From: Blepharisma stoltei ATCC 30299
Lineage: Eukaryota; Protista; Ciliophora
Assembly: GCA_965603825.1 (NCBI GenBank)
Contig: CBFDEM010000001.1
Coordinates: 496,001-560,000 of the forward strand
Length of the DNA stretch: 64,000 nucleotides
Direction of reading: 5' to 3'
Shown here: positions 14,301 to 25,379 of the stretch, piece by piece
Position numbering within the stretch: position 1 is the stretch's first letter
Layout: every line of letters starts with the position of its first letter
Position numbers and translations under genes: made by a program
Notes under the pieces: generated by a model
Databases searched by the model: none
What the model was told of the DNA's origin: nothing
What the model saw: only the letters and a program-made list of their open reading frames with translations

Positions 14301-15717
14301 ACTCATAGCCATTATCTTTATCTTTGGCTTCACTGTCTTGATGCTCAAGCTTAATTTCTTCAATTTCTGCTTTTTGTTTGAGGATTTCTTCTTTATGCTT
14401 GAGTTCTTCTTTTAAATGGAAATTTAGTTTTTCGTGGAATCTTTTTACTTCATTTGTGAGGACAGGGGAAGCTGTGACGAAAACACTGTGGAGCTCTGAA
14501 GATCGGTCGAGGTCTTCTGGGCCGAGTCTTCTTGACTTGGACTGTGAGCGATATCGGAAAACAACTTCAGCAGAAAATAGTCTAAGGACTGAACATGTAG
14601 TTTTCCCTGTACCAGACCTGCCAATGGCAAGCACATTTCCAGGCGTGCCTATTAAATCTTGCTGCTCTTCTGTTAGTTTTATTCGAAAGTTAGGAATAGT
14701 GTTTAGGAGATTGATAAAATCATTGCAGCTTGTGGTTTGAGCAAGCATTCGGAGTATTTTTTCTTGGCGCTCATTATTAGTATTGATATTAGACACGATT
14801 GGTGCTTCTTTTGAGCCGATTCATCTGCTTGTGGCTGGGTCAAATACAATGTTCTCAGTTTCCCATTGTGACAGATACATCTTGGGAAATATCTTAGGAT
14901 AATGCAGATCTCCTACTTTTCTTGTGCTGTTATTAAAGCTTGGGTACCATTGATTGTTTTCAGCAGTTGCTTCATAAGCAATATTCCTATCTTCATCATC
15001 TGAAATTTTAAAAAGATAGTCTTGAATGGAACCATCAACTGCATTTGTACTTTTACATATATCAATAACTTTCAAATAATGATGAAACTCATATTGAACC
15101 ACTGCATTGTCACGGACTATTGGAAGCCTATCTAGCTCTGTCGCTAATAGTATGATTTCGTTAAAATTAGGAAGAATTGTTGTGATAAAAACCATACAAG
15201 TATAAGGACCTTCTTTTACAATCCTGCAATTGTTACCTGGGATTATTAATCCTGCGCCGAGCTCAAGGAGCTTTAAAAGTAATGCTTTTTTCTTTTTGTC
15301 GTTTCAGCTCCCAATTTTATTTTTTGCAAGCTGATTGAAGCGGATTTTTCAGACGATTTCTCTGATGTCTTCAAAAAGATCGTAGGATTTCCAGATTTCA
15401 TCAATGTTTTGAAGCTTATAAAGCTGGTTAGGGTCAATTATATAGGGATGGTCTATACCTGAAAACCTGTCATTCTCGTATTTTTCGATCTCATATTGAA
15501 GCCAGTTGTACCATACTTCGGAGTAGCTTGAAAACAATTGCTTGTAGGATTCTTTTTTAGCTCCAAATCTAGTAAGCTGAGCTTCTAAGAATCGGCAGTT
15601 TTCTTCAAACTTAGTTAAGACAGCACTCAAAGAGTTAGCAACTGCTTGCTGAAGCTGAGTAAATCTATATTGGTTAATCATAGGCTGATTCTTAGCAGCA
15701 GTTTCGTTTTTAGACAT
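8386..15717 (-). CDS. TRANK1/Lba1-like UvrD-type superfamily 1 helicase with TPR-like repeats, ~2443 aa
   Basis: Five same-frame fragments joined by TGA. Walker A GRSGTGKTT, Walker B VDEVQD, FSGDTAQTI, LTVNFRSH, TVYESKGLEF, LYVAITRPK, followed by helical AAxCF/AAxxY repeats; TAA stop. Confidence 0.88.
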
Positions 15718-15730
15718 GTTTTATTATAAA

Positions 15731-15748
15731 TAGATCTGATCAGATCTA
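15731..15748. repeat. Perfect 18-bp palindrome just upstream of the helicase ATG
   Basis: TAGATCTGATCAGATCTA equals its own reverse complement. Confidence 0.85.
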
Positions 15749-16374
15749 ACTGATAATGGCTTGTAGATCACTACAAAATCAAAAGAAATCTGATAATTAT
15801 AAGAGTGATTGCAAATTGCATTTGATTAATTATTTTTTATTAAATTTATGACAGGATACCAATTGAAGCAAACTTTCATACTGCATTGGGAGATCCATAC
15901 AAAATTTCATCGCGTAATTTAATTTAATTTATAATGAAAACAATATGATTTAAAATGCTTTTCATGTTCATCAATACTCATCAAATTATAATATCTATAT
16001 CTCTTTTAATTCAAATATGGCAAGCAAACCATACAGCCAGTTTCTCTAAATCTGTCTCTATCTGTTCTTATCAATTCTTTTAATATTTAAATTCAAAGAC
16101 TCAATATTTTTGTAAAATTTACTTGGTAGTTTTATATAAATTCAAGTAATATTAACTGATAATAATATATTATCAGATTTATCTTTGGTCAAGCAGCATA
16201 ATAATAGAAAAATTATTTCTATAAATGAATATACAATTTTTCGTCAATTTTATTCTAAATCCTCATTATTTATACTTGATACACAAAATTCAAAAATATT
16301 GAATCCTCTTATTACATTTTCTAATTTTCTAATAATATTAAATCCAATATTCTGAATAATAGTAATAATAGGAA

Positions 16375-18828
16375 ATGTTTCCAAAATACACAAAGCATGA
16401 TGATATAACTCAAACACTTTCTCTTAGAATCACTAAGTTTATGGATCCGAACCACATTCTTGCAATATATGACGAGCCAAATACATCATCATCAGCTTTG
16501 ATGATCACAGTTAAACTTTTTTCTCAAAAAACTCTCCTTGCACAAAGTTCTCAAGGTGTTATTAAGATTCCTAACGAAACTTCAAACCTTGCCGATTTCA
16601 CTTTTCCCCTCAGCATTCAAGACTTACCTCCTGATGCTTATTTCAACGTATATATATGAGCAACTTCTAGGAAGCAGACAAATATTCCTGCCGCAAGCAC
16701 ATCATTTTCTTTATTTACAGAATCATCTGAAAAAGCTAGCAATCTTTCTGCGAACTCTTTGCTTCGGCAAGGGTTATATAAGCTTTTTCTATGGCCTGAA
16801 GTTAATGCAGACTTAAAAAATACTCCAGGGATAATAGAAAATTATGCCCCACTCCAAGAAATCACAAGACTTAGTAACAACATCGAAAAATTCGAACAAG
16901 GCGAAATAGAGAAAACTCCATGGCTTGATACTTGGTCAATCAAAACAATGGAATCTCAAATATCTGATTTATGCACTGAGCATAATTTATGTCTCATTGA
17001 AGTCGAGCTTCCACGATTTAAAAACGCTGTTATATATAAAGAAAACGAATATGACCTTGACAATGAGCTGCTACTACCTCCAGAACAGGAAAAAAGGCTT
17101 TGGATTGTGCCAGATTTTGAAGTTTTATTTGAAAGGATCAACCCAGTCGCCGAACAGTATTCAAGACTCAGCAGAGAAAATATTATGGACCATAAAGATT
17201 TAGTCCCAACAGAAGAAATCAAAGAAACCCTCAATGAAATTATAAATCAGCCTGACCATAAACCTTTAGAGCCAGAACAAAGGGATTTAATATGGGTTTA
17301 TAGGTATTTCCTCGTACAAGACAAACATTCTTTAACCAAATTTTTGCATGCTGTCTGCTGGGACAAAGAAAAAGAAGAAAAAAACGCTTTAGAGCTTATG
17401 AAAATTTGGGCGCCAATTGATAAAGAAGATGCCTTGCATTTATTGTCTTACATTTTCTCATGTAATCCTCATTATTCCACTATAATTTCCAAAGGTATAG
17501 AAGAGGTCAGAAGATATGCTGTCGAACGTTTGGACTGTTGCAGCAACCAAGAACTTTCTGACATCTTATTACAGCTTGTCCAAGCCTTAAGATATGAATC
17601 AAACGTCGAATCTCCTTTACAAGAATTTCTAGAGCGGCGTGCCATGAACTGCAAAGAAATCGCAATTTTTTATTATTGGTATTTACAAGTAGAAAAACAA
17701 GGGCCACCTGGAAAACTGACTGACTGGTATAAAGAAACTTGTGAGAAATTCGAAAATACTTTAAATATGAAAGCCAGAGACATAATGGACTGCATTGATT
17801 TACAATGCATGCTTAAAGGGAAACTTGCACATTATTCTATATCAATAAAGAAAAATAAAGGTGATACCTCTACTTTTGAAAAGAAAAAAGCCAAGCTGAG
17901 GGCTATGATAGAAGACGACCTAGAAATGCAAGTTTTTCCTACCCCCGTGCCTCATTATCTTGACCCAAATATTCTGCTCACAGGAGTTTTGCCTGAATCT
18001 TGTAAGATTTTCTTCAGTAAGCAGCTGCCTATAAAATTAGATTTCACATGTACGGAACAAGACATAAAGGTGTCAGTGATGTATAAAAATGGAGACGATT
18101 TAAGGCAGGATCAGCTTGTAATTCAGATTATTAGACTTATGGACAGGCTGCTTAAAAACGTGAATTTAGATATGTGTTTAAAGCCTTATAACGTGATTGC
18201 TACAAGTGCGAGTGATGGGTTCGTAGAATTTGTGAGAAATGCCAGCACAATTCATGAGAGGATTCAGAAAAAACAGCTAATAAGTGCGTATTTAGAAGAA
18301 AATAAGACTAACAACCCAGATATTTTTGACACTTTTATTAAAAGCTGTGCAGGCTACTGTGTTATTACATATTTGCTAGGAATAGGGGATAGGCATCTAG
18401 AAAATCTTATGATTGACATTCAAGGCCACTTATTTCACATTGATTTTGGGTTCATTCTAGGTAAAGATCCTAAGCCAATGCCACCTCCAATGAAATTATG
18501 CAAAGAAATGGTGGAAGCAATGGGAGGAGAAAAAGGTGAAGGCTACGAAAAGTTCAAGGTAAAGTGTGTAGAAGTATTTTTGCAGCTGAGAAGGCATTGT
18601 AAATTAATTGTGAACCTCTTCTACTTGATGATTCATTCAGGGCTTTCAGGAATGGCTGGAGATCCTATCAAAATTATCGATAAACTGTACGAAAGGTTCA
18701 AAATTGGTCTAAGTGATGAAAAAGCTGAGCGATATTTCTTAGACTTGATCACAGAAAGTGTAAATGCTATTATGCCGCAAATAATGGAAAAAATTCATGT
18801 TTGGGCTGTTTATTGGAAGAAAATGTAA
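16375..18828 (+). CDS. VPS34: Class III phosphatidylinositol 3-kinase Vps34, 817 aa
   Basis: C2 region DLPPDAYFNVYI-W(TGA 16657-16659) continues in-frame; helical LLQLVQALRYE; kinase KNGDDLRQDQLV, SCAGYCVITYLLGIGDRHLEN, HIDFGFILGKDPKP; C-terminal HVWAVYWK. Confidence 0.95.
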
Positions 18829-18898
18829 ACTTTTAAAAGCCTTAACATTTAGCTTTATTTTAATAAGTGAATAACGGCCGAGAATTTTAAGAATATAA

Positions 18899-20110
18899 AT
18901 GGTGCTTCTCAAAGCGCTTCTTAGTGGAATTGCAGCGACAGCAGCTGTTGGGATTGCTTCTTACTATGGTCTTCAATACTATATCTCCCACGCCAAGCTT
19001 CCTCCAGAACTCACTTACACCTTTGAAGAGCTATGCACCAGCAAAGGTTATAAAGTCCAAACCCATCAAATCACCACAAATGATGGCTATATCCTTTGCC
19101 TTTATAGAATATCTGCAAAAGACCAAGACTTTGTGAAAGGAAAAACCCCTGTTTTGATGGTCCACGGCTTGACTCACCATGCAAGTTCTTATGTGATTTC
19201 CCAAAAATCAAAAGCTCCAGCCTTTGCCTTAGCAGACGAAGGCTTCGATGTATGGCTTTTAAATACCAGAGGAAACCATTTAAGCAGAAAGCATGAAACC
19301 CTTGACGCAAATCAGCCTGAATATTGGGAATGGTGTGCTAACCATATAGGTGCCAATGATATTCCTAAAACAATTGACTATATACTTGAGCAGACTGAAA
19401 AACCAAAATTAAACTATATTGGGCACTCACAAGGCTGTTTTGTGCTGTTTCAATGTGTGTGCTTTAGACCAGATTACGGCGACAAAGTAAATGTAGCTGC
19501 ACTTATGGCGCCAGTGGCTGGCTTTATAAGTGTTGATACTGCCTATCTTAGGCAGCTCTTAAATCCTCCATTTCTAGAAGTATATGAAAAGAAAGGAATA
19601 AACTTTTTAGTCAATTATTCAGAAACCCCAAATTACCCTGCAAGACTAGCTTATGCATTTCCTAGATATGCAGCTTGGAAATACCAAGATAAACTTGATT
19701 TGTATTTAAATAACGAGGATCCTAAAGACTTAGCTATATATTTACAAAAGTTCTGTGGCGGCACAAGTATAATGAATCTAAAGTATTGGTCACAAGTACT
19801 AAAAGAAAGGTCTCCTTTGCCTTATTCCTATGATTATGGTGAAGAAAAAAACAGAGAAGTCTATGGAACCTCAAAGCCGCCACAAATGCAGCTTTCTAAT
19901 TTAAGGTGCAAAGTGGCGTTACTTTATGGAAAATATGACACTGTTATTACCCCTGAAGATGGAAAAGTCAGTATTTCTCAGATGCCACAAGACAAAATAA
20001 TTTTCCAAAAATTCGACTATAACCAAGACCACGCTGGATTTGCAGTATCAGCAAACCAAGAACATATGGCAGACATTTTGAAAATATTTAAGGAGAACCC
20101 AATCGAATAA
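18899..20110 (+). CDS. AB-hydrolase lipase (acid/gastric lipase family) with N-terminal hydrophobic anchor
   Basis: TTNDGYILCLYRI, VHGL, GFDVWLLNTRGN, GHSQG nucleophile elbow; candidate triad Asp (KYDT) and His (QDHAGF). Confidence 0.92.
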   Translation: MVLLKALLSGIAATAAVGIASYYGLQYYISHAKLPPELTYTFEELCTSKGYKVQTHQITTNDGYILCLYRISAKDQDFVKGKTPVLMVHGLTHHASSYVISQKSKAPAFALADEGFDVWLLNTRGNHLSRKHETLDANQPEYWEWCANHIGANDIPKTIDYILEQTEKPKLNYIGHSQGCFVLFQCVCFRPDYGDKVNVAALMAPVAGFISVDTAYLRQLLNPPFLEVYEKKGINFLVNYSETPNYPARLAYAFPRYAAWKYQDKLDLYLNNEDPKDLAIYLQKFCGGTSIMNLKYWSQVLKERSPLPYSYDYGEEKNREVYGTSKPPQMQLSNLRCKVALLYGKYDTVITPEDGKVSISQMPQDKIIFQKFDYNQDHAGFAVSANQEHMADILKIFKENPIE

Positions 20111-20134
20111 GTTATATAATAGGTACAAATTAGA

Positions 20135-21262
20135 TTATTTTTTATGCCTGTCTTGCTCTAGAAGTTCTTGTTCTCTTTTCTTCAATTCTTGCTCTTTTGC
20201 CTGAATCTTTGACACACAGTCTTGCAATACCCTCAATTCTTCCCAGTTTTTCCTTTGTAAAACGTCTTCGCTCATTAATAATCCTTGCAGTCTCAGCTCA
20301 AGCTCACTTTCAAACTCCCTGCGGATTCTCAATGATTTATCTCTTTGTTCTGCTTCTGCGATTTTTTTCCTTAAGTCTTCTTCTTGTTTCGCTAGCTGGT
20401 TTTCCTCTTTTCTTAATTTTTCTTCTTTTATTCACAATTCTTCAGCTTGTATGATGGCTTCTTGTTCTTTTTTTTTTAATTCGTTTTCTTGGATTTCCAG
20501 ATCTTTTTCTTCAAGCTCGGCTAGGGCGATTTTTTCTTTCATTTCTTCAATTTGTTTTTGGAGCTGAAAATATTCGTCTTGGGCTCTTTTGGTGGCTTCG
20601 TTGAGTTTTTGTTCTTCTTTGAGCAGGGATTCTTGGACTTGGTTGGCTTGGGATCATTGGGATTCAATTTCTTTTTCTTTGGACTCAAGCTCGATTTTTT
20701 TGTCTTCCAGGTTCTTTTTTTCGACTGAAAGCTGTTGGGTGACTTCTTCGATTTCGTGGCTGTGCTTGGAGATTTCTTCTTGTTCTTTGGCACAAGCTTG
20801 CTCTTGGAGCTCAATTTCTTTTTCTTTTATGATTAGCTGGGCTCTAAGTCTTGCTATTGGCTCTTTAGAACTAGGCTTATTGATAGAAGAACGGACACTC
20901 GAGGAGATTTTATCTTTTTCGGAAATAATTCTTTGAGTTTGTGCATCGATTTCTGCTTCTCTTTCGAGAAGCTCTCTTTTTCGGGCTTCAAGTTCAAATT
21001 TTTTATTGATGATTGTGCTTTCTCTGTCTTCAAGCTCTTTTCCGATTTCAATTTGAGCTTTGGTTTCATATTCTTTGCTCTGTAATTGAATTTGAGATAA
21101 TAAAGTTTTCAGTTCTTTTTCTTCTTTTTCGCATTGTTCTTCTTTCTTTTTTATTGAAATTTCAGCCTTTTTAATTAGTTGGATTTGTTTTTCAATCGCT
21201 TCTGATAATTCATGCAATTTTTGTTCTCTTTCTTCAAATTGGAATCTATCGTTATTATGCAT
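20135..21262 (-). CDS. Hypothetical E/K/Q-rich coiled-coil protein, 375 aa
   Basis: Track ORFs 20654..21262 and 20135..20332 share a frame and join through two TGA codons; TAA stop. Confidence 0.8.
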
Positions 21263-21782
21263 TTTTGGTTCCTTGATTAATTGCTATATATATTTGTTAT
21301 AATAAAAATGAATTAGGTTTATTGGTTTAATTAAGGGGCCAGAAAGCTAATCCCTTATGGCGAATTTTTAAAGTATAAATAAATTAAGCTACTGTTTTTC
21401 TTAATGTCATTTATAAAGCCTTATTTTTTATTTCTAATATAAAATTTTAAAATCTGCTAAATGCTCTAAACTCTATCATTAATTAAATCCAATCAAAACG
21501 CATAAATAATTATCGATATTTTAAACAGTAAACACTAAACAGGAATCAGCAATATAATCATGCTCGTTTTTTATTTTCTGTTATAAAATAACTCTTACAT
21601 TTATCTACTATAAAATTTTCAGACGTACTTTTGTCACAGTTTTTTTAAATTTGAGCTCATTCTTATCCTAATTTAAAATTGAATTAAATGTAAACTAATG
21701 GCTATAATTTACATGATTACTAATGCACTGATTAGGTTTAAAAAATCCAAAAATTAAAAAATATCCTTGCATAATAATAAAA

Positions 21783-22277
21783 ATGTACTTACTCGATGAA
21801 ATAGAAGACGGATTATACCTTGGAGATAAGGAGCAAGCATCCCAGCTTAATCTTCTCTTCAAATTCAAAATCACCCATATTCTAATTGCTGGCACTGGAT
21901 CAGGACTTGAACCTTATTTTTCTTCAAGGTTTGTCTATAAGCAGCTTCCAATTGTGGACTGTCCATCATTTGACATATTAAATTATTTCGATGAAGCCAC
22001 AGAGTTCATTGAAGAGGCCATTAACAGTGGAGGAAGAGTGATGGTACATTGTGCTCAAGGAATATCTAGGAGCGCTTCTATAGTTATTGCCTATATTATG
22101 AAACAAAGATGTTGGAACTTTAGAAAAGCAAAGCTTTTTGTACAGTATCTTCATCCACCAACTAAGCCAAACAGAGGATTTGCAAAGCAGCTAGAAATAT
22201 ATAGTCGAATTCTCTCAATCAGAGAGCCAGCAAGTACTACAAAGCGAAATGCTTCATGTGCCTGCACTTTATTTTAA
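21783..22277 (+). CDS. Dual-specificity protein phosphatase; C-terminal CACTLF
   Basis: GLYLG, LPIVD, active-site VHCAQGISRSASIVIAYIM, PNRGF. Confidence 0.93.
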   Translation: MYLLDEIEDGLYLGDKEQASQLNLLFKFKITHILIAGTGSGLEPYFSSRFVYKQLPIVDCPSFDILNYFDEATEFIEEAINSGGRVMVHCAQGISRSASIVIAYIMKQRCWNFRKAKLFVQYLHPPTKPNRGFAKQLEIYSRILSIREPASTTKRNASCACTLF

Positions 22278-22535
22278 TATATATAAATGTAAATAATTAT
22301 ATATAGGAAATTTATTTCAGAGGAACTTAGCACTTTTGAATTAAATATAAAAACTATGCCATCCACAAGTAATAGGCTTTGAAATTTGCTTGAAAGCATT
22401 TATTTCCTCTTTTCACATAAAAAAATAAGATGATTGAAATATTCCAGTTGGTGATGAATTAAAAAATTAAAAAATCCTATCATATATCATAAAATAAGCC
22501 ATTAGTTAAATATGATTTAAATATCATTAGTTTTA

Positions 22536-24032
22536 CTAATATTTTTGTGGTGATTTCGGAGTTACTTCATTCATAAACTCCGAATACGAAACTCTTCCAT
22601 CTTTGTCTTTATCATATCTCTCCATTAAGCTCTCCACATCTTTTTTAGAAGCAATCAGCCCATGCTCATCCAAAATTTGTTGAAATTCTTTAAAAGTTAT
22701 GTATCCATTTCTATCCCTATCAATTATTTGAAAAGCGTCCATAATATTAAAGCTTTGGCTTCTACTTAATCTTTGCCTCAAATTTTCTGCCATAGATTCA
22801 CATTCTAAGTGCAGCTGAAGGACCCTTATCAATTTGTTCATAGTTTCAGGCCTAAAAACATTTCTCCTATTAGCCCCTTGAGCATTATAAGGGACCCTAT
22901 TTTTTACCAATCTTGCATATTCAGGGTCTTTAGGAGTAAAAAGTTCATTTAATTCACTAAACCTCATCTTTTTGTCTGAGCTGTGACAGTAGTGCTTAAA
23001 TAAAAGAGAAATTTCGTCTTTAAAAGTGCGGATTCCAAAATCGTTTAAAGTTTCTTCAGCGTCTAATTCTGTAAAAAACCCTTTATCATCTATATCAAAC
23101 ATCCTGTAAGCATCAATTAAATTAAAATCAGCCCTTAGGCCGAGCTCTTTAATTGCTGCGTCTAATTCTCTTGACAAGGCAACTTGCTCGCTTAAAACTT
23201 GAGCAATTTCTGAAATATTGACACTTTTTATAGGCGTTTTCCGATAAGAAGACTCTAAAGATCGACTGTTATATGAGCTTCTATTTGGTGAAAATGATTT
23301 TCTTAGAGGTGAAGAATGCCTTACTGGACTTGCTATTGATCTGTATGGTGACTCAAGCAAAATTTCTGAAGCTTGAACTGCTTCAACAAACTCAGCATAG
23401 CTTATCCTTTCGTCACCATCTGTATCAACTCGTCTTAAAATGGCATCAATGTCCTCTTCATACACAGGAAGTGAATGCCTCCTAAAAAACTCAGCCAAGT
23501 GGTCTCTGGTGATAAAAGACTCGTTTGCATAATTTATGCATCTAAAAGCATCCAAATGCTTATAGTCAATTTGACTGGTCAAGCTGTATCTAGACGATTC
23601 AAGTTGTCTCTGGAATAGGGCTTCTTTTTCGAGCAGTCTAATAAGGAGATATTCCACGTCTAATGAAATTTTCATATACGATGGACGGGCGATTACGGAT
23701 TCCCGAAGGTAAGTGTTAGTGGACGGAAGAACGATCTGATAAAAATCTGATATCAAAAGCCTTCCATCTGAGTCAGAATCGTATTGTCTTATCAGTAGCT
23801 GTATGTCTTTATCTGCGGTTTCAATTCTTTTATTTTCAAAAAACTCCTGAATGTCAAGAAAATTCAAGTACCCATTTGAAAATCTGTCAAGCTGCCTAAA
23901 AACACTTAAAGGCTCAAACTCTCTGTTTCCACAAAGACTTATTCTTGATTTTTCTATTTCGTTTTCTCCCTCAGCAATAAGCAGTAGAAAATCAGCCAGT
24001 TTTCTCTCTGTTTCTATGCTAATTAAAGCCAT
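22536..24032 (-). CDS. Multi-EF-hand calcium-binding protein, 498 aa
   Basis: EF loops DSDSDGRL, DTDGDERISYAEF, DIDDKGFF, DRDRNGYITFKEF, DKDKDGRVSYSEF. Confidence 0.9.
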   Translation of the reverse strand: MALISIETERKLADFLLLIAEGENEIEKSRISLCGNREFEPLSVFRQLDRFSNGYLNFLDIQEFFENKRIETADKDIQLLIRQYDSDSDGRLLISDFYQIVLPSTNTYLRESVIARPSYMKISLDVEYLLIRLLEKEALFQRQLESSRYSLTSQIDYKHLDAFRCINYANESFITRDHLAEFFRRHSLPVYEEDIDAILRRVDTDGDERISYAEFVEAVQASEILLESPYRSIASPVRHSSPLRKSFSPNRSSYNSRSLESSYRKTPIKSVNISEIAQVLSEQVALSRELDAAIKELGLRADFNLIDAYRMFDIDDKGFFTELDAEETLNDFGIRTFKDEISLLFKHYCHSSDKKMRFSELNELFTPKDPEYARLVKNRVPYNAQGANRRNVFRPETMNKLIRVLQLHLECESMAENLRQRLSRSQSFNIMDAFQIIDRDRNGYITFKEFQQILDEHGLIASKKDVESLMERYDKDKDGRVSYSEFMNEVTPKSPQKY

Positions 24033-24194
24033 AATTCGTTAGCAGAGTTTATAATTCCGTTTAGTGAATGAATTAATTTTTTCAATATTAAGTTTGTTTT
24101 CTGCTCAGAAAACCAAAGCTAATTTTCACCTATTGGTTTTTTTGTTATTACGTCATGAACCAACATAACCTTAACAAAATTTCCAGAGATATAA

Positions 24195-25343
24195 ATGGAT
24201 TTCGAATTTCTAGAATCATATTACAGAACTTATTTCCCGTGCAATGACCTCTGCAGATGGTTAAATCAAGGAATAATGCTTGAAACAGACAACCCCTTAG
24301 ACAATAAATCATATTTCGAAAGGCGAGAATTTTCTTTTTATCTTCAAGGAGACGTGTCCTGCCGACACATAAGCTTTAGTTCACCAGGTGAATTTAGAGA
24401 GCAACTTATCCACGATAAACCAGAAAAATTTGGTATTGGGGCAGTTTATACCATTCCCCCAAAAACTAAAAATCTCAAAGATAAAGAAATTAAATACGAA
24501 CCAGTCGAACGAGAATTCGTGATCGACATAGACATGACCGATTACGATAAAGTTCGAACCTGCTGCTCTGGTGCAGTTGTATGTCAGCTTTGCTGGAAGT
24601 TTATGGTGCTCGCTTGCAAATCAATCGACACCATTCTCAAAGAGCTATTTGGCTTCAAAATTAATTTATGGATTTATTCAGGCAGAAGGGGTGTTCACTG
24701 CTGGGTGTGTGACCCAGCCGCAAGACGTTTAAATGACTTCAAGCGCAAAGCATTAATTGAGTTTTTGAATTCTGGACCGAATTCTAATTCTCGTTTCCTT
24801 GAAATCTGCTGGGAAATTTTTAAGCCTCGCTTTGAGGAAATCATTGTACAGGATCAAAAATTGTTTGAAAATCAGGAAAGACTCAACGAATGCGTTGAAA
24901 TTATTAATGAAGAGTTGGGGACTGATAGTAAATTCACAGTTAAAGGCTCCAGCGAAGAGACATGGGCTGAAATTCTGGAATTTATTGACTCACAGCCAGA
25001 CCCTCAGCTGATAGACCAAATCAAGTATAAGATATGTTTTAAGTATTTATATCCAAGACTCGACATCTACGTTTCTATGGAAATGACTAACTTGCTGAAA
25101 TCTCCATTTTCTGTTCACCCGAAGACAGGGAATATTTCTATTCCAATTTTAGTCGAAAATGTTGAAAATTTCAGAGTCGACAAAGTCCCAAATCTGGCAG
25201 GCCTATGTGAGGGTACAGATGATCTTACCCCTTATGTAGAAATTCTAAACAATGTGAGTGACCAACTGAGAGAGTCCAACAGAAAAGACAGAAAAAGAAG
25301 GTCAGCTATTTCTCATGTACAAAATGTGGAGCCAAGGCTTTAA
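24195..25343 (+). CDS. PRIM1: DNA primase small (catalytic) subunit
   Basis: RREFSF, EFVIDIDMTDYD, Zn knuckle RTCCSGAVVCQLCW, YSGRRGVHCWV, YPRLD, LLKSPFSVHPKTG. Confidence 0.93.
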   Translation: MDFEFLESYYRTYFPCNDLCRWLNQGIMLETDNPLDNKSYFERREFSFYLQGDVSCRHISFSSPGEFREQLIHDKPEKFGIGAVYTIPPKTKNLKDKEIKYEPVEREFVIDIDMTDYDKVRTCCSGAVVCQLCWKFMVLACKSIDTILKELFGFKINLWIYSGRRGVHCWVCDPAARRLNDFKRKALIEFLNSGPNSNSRFLEICWEIFKPRFEEIIVQDQKLFENQERLNECVEIINEELGTDSKFTVKGSSEETWAEILEFIDSQPDPQLIDQIKYKICFKYLYPRLDIYVSMEMTNLLKSPFSVHPKTGNISIPILVENVENFRVDKVPNLAGLCEGTDDLTPYVEILNNVSDQLRESNRKDRKRRSAISHVQNVEPRL

Positions 25344-25379
25344 AGTATGATTAACTCTTATGGATTATAAATAAATTAG

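Noticed and set aside
21332-21357. Short hairpin TAAGGG...CCCTTA as a possible ncRNA
   Set aside because: Only a 6-bp stem and no snRNA, snoRNA or tRNA hallmarks.
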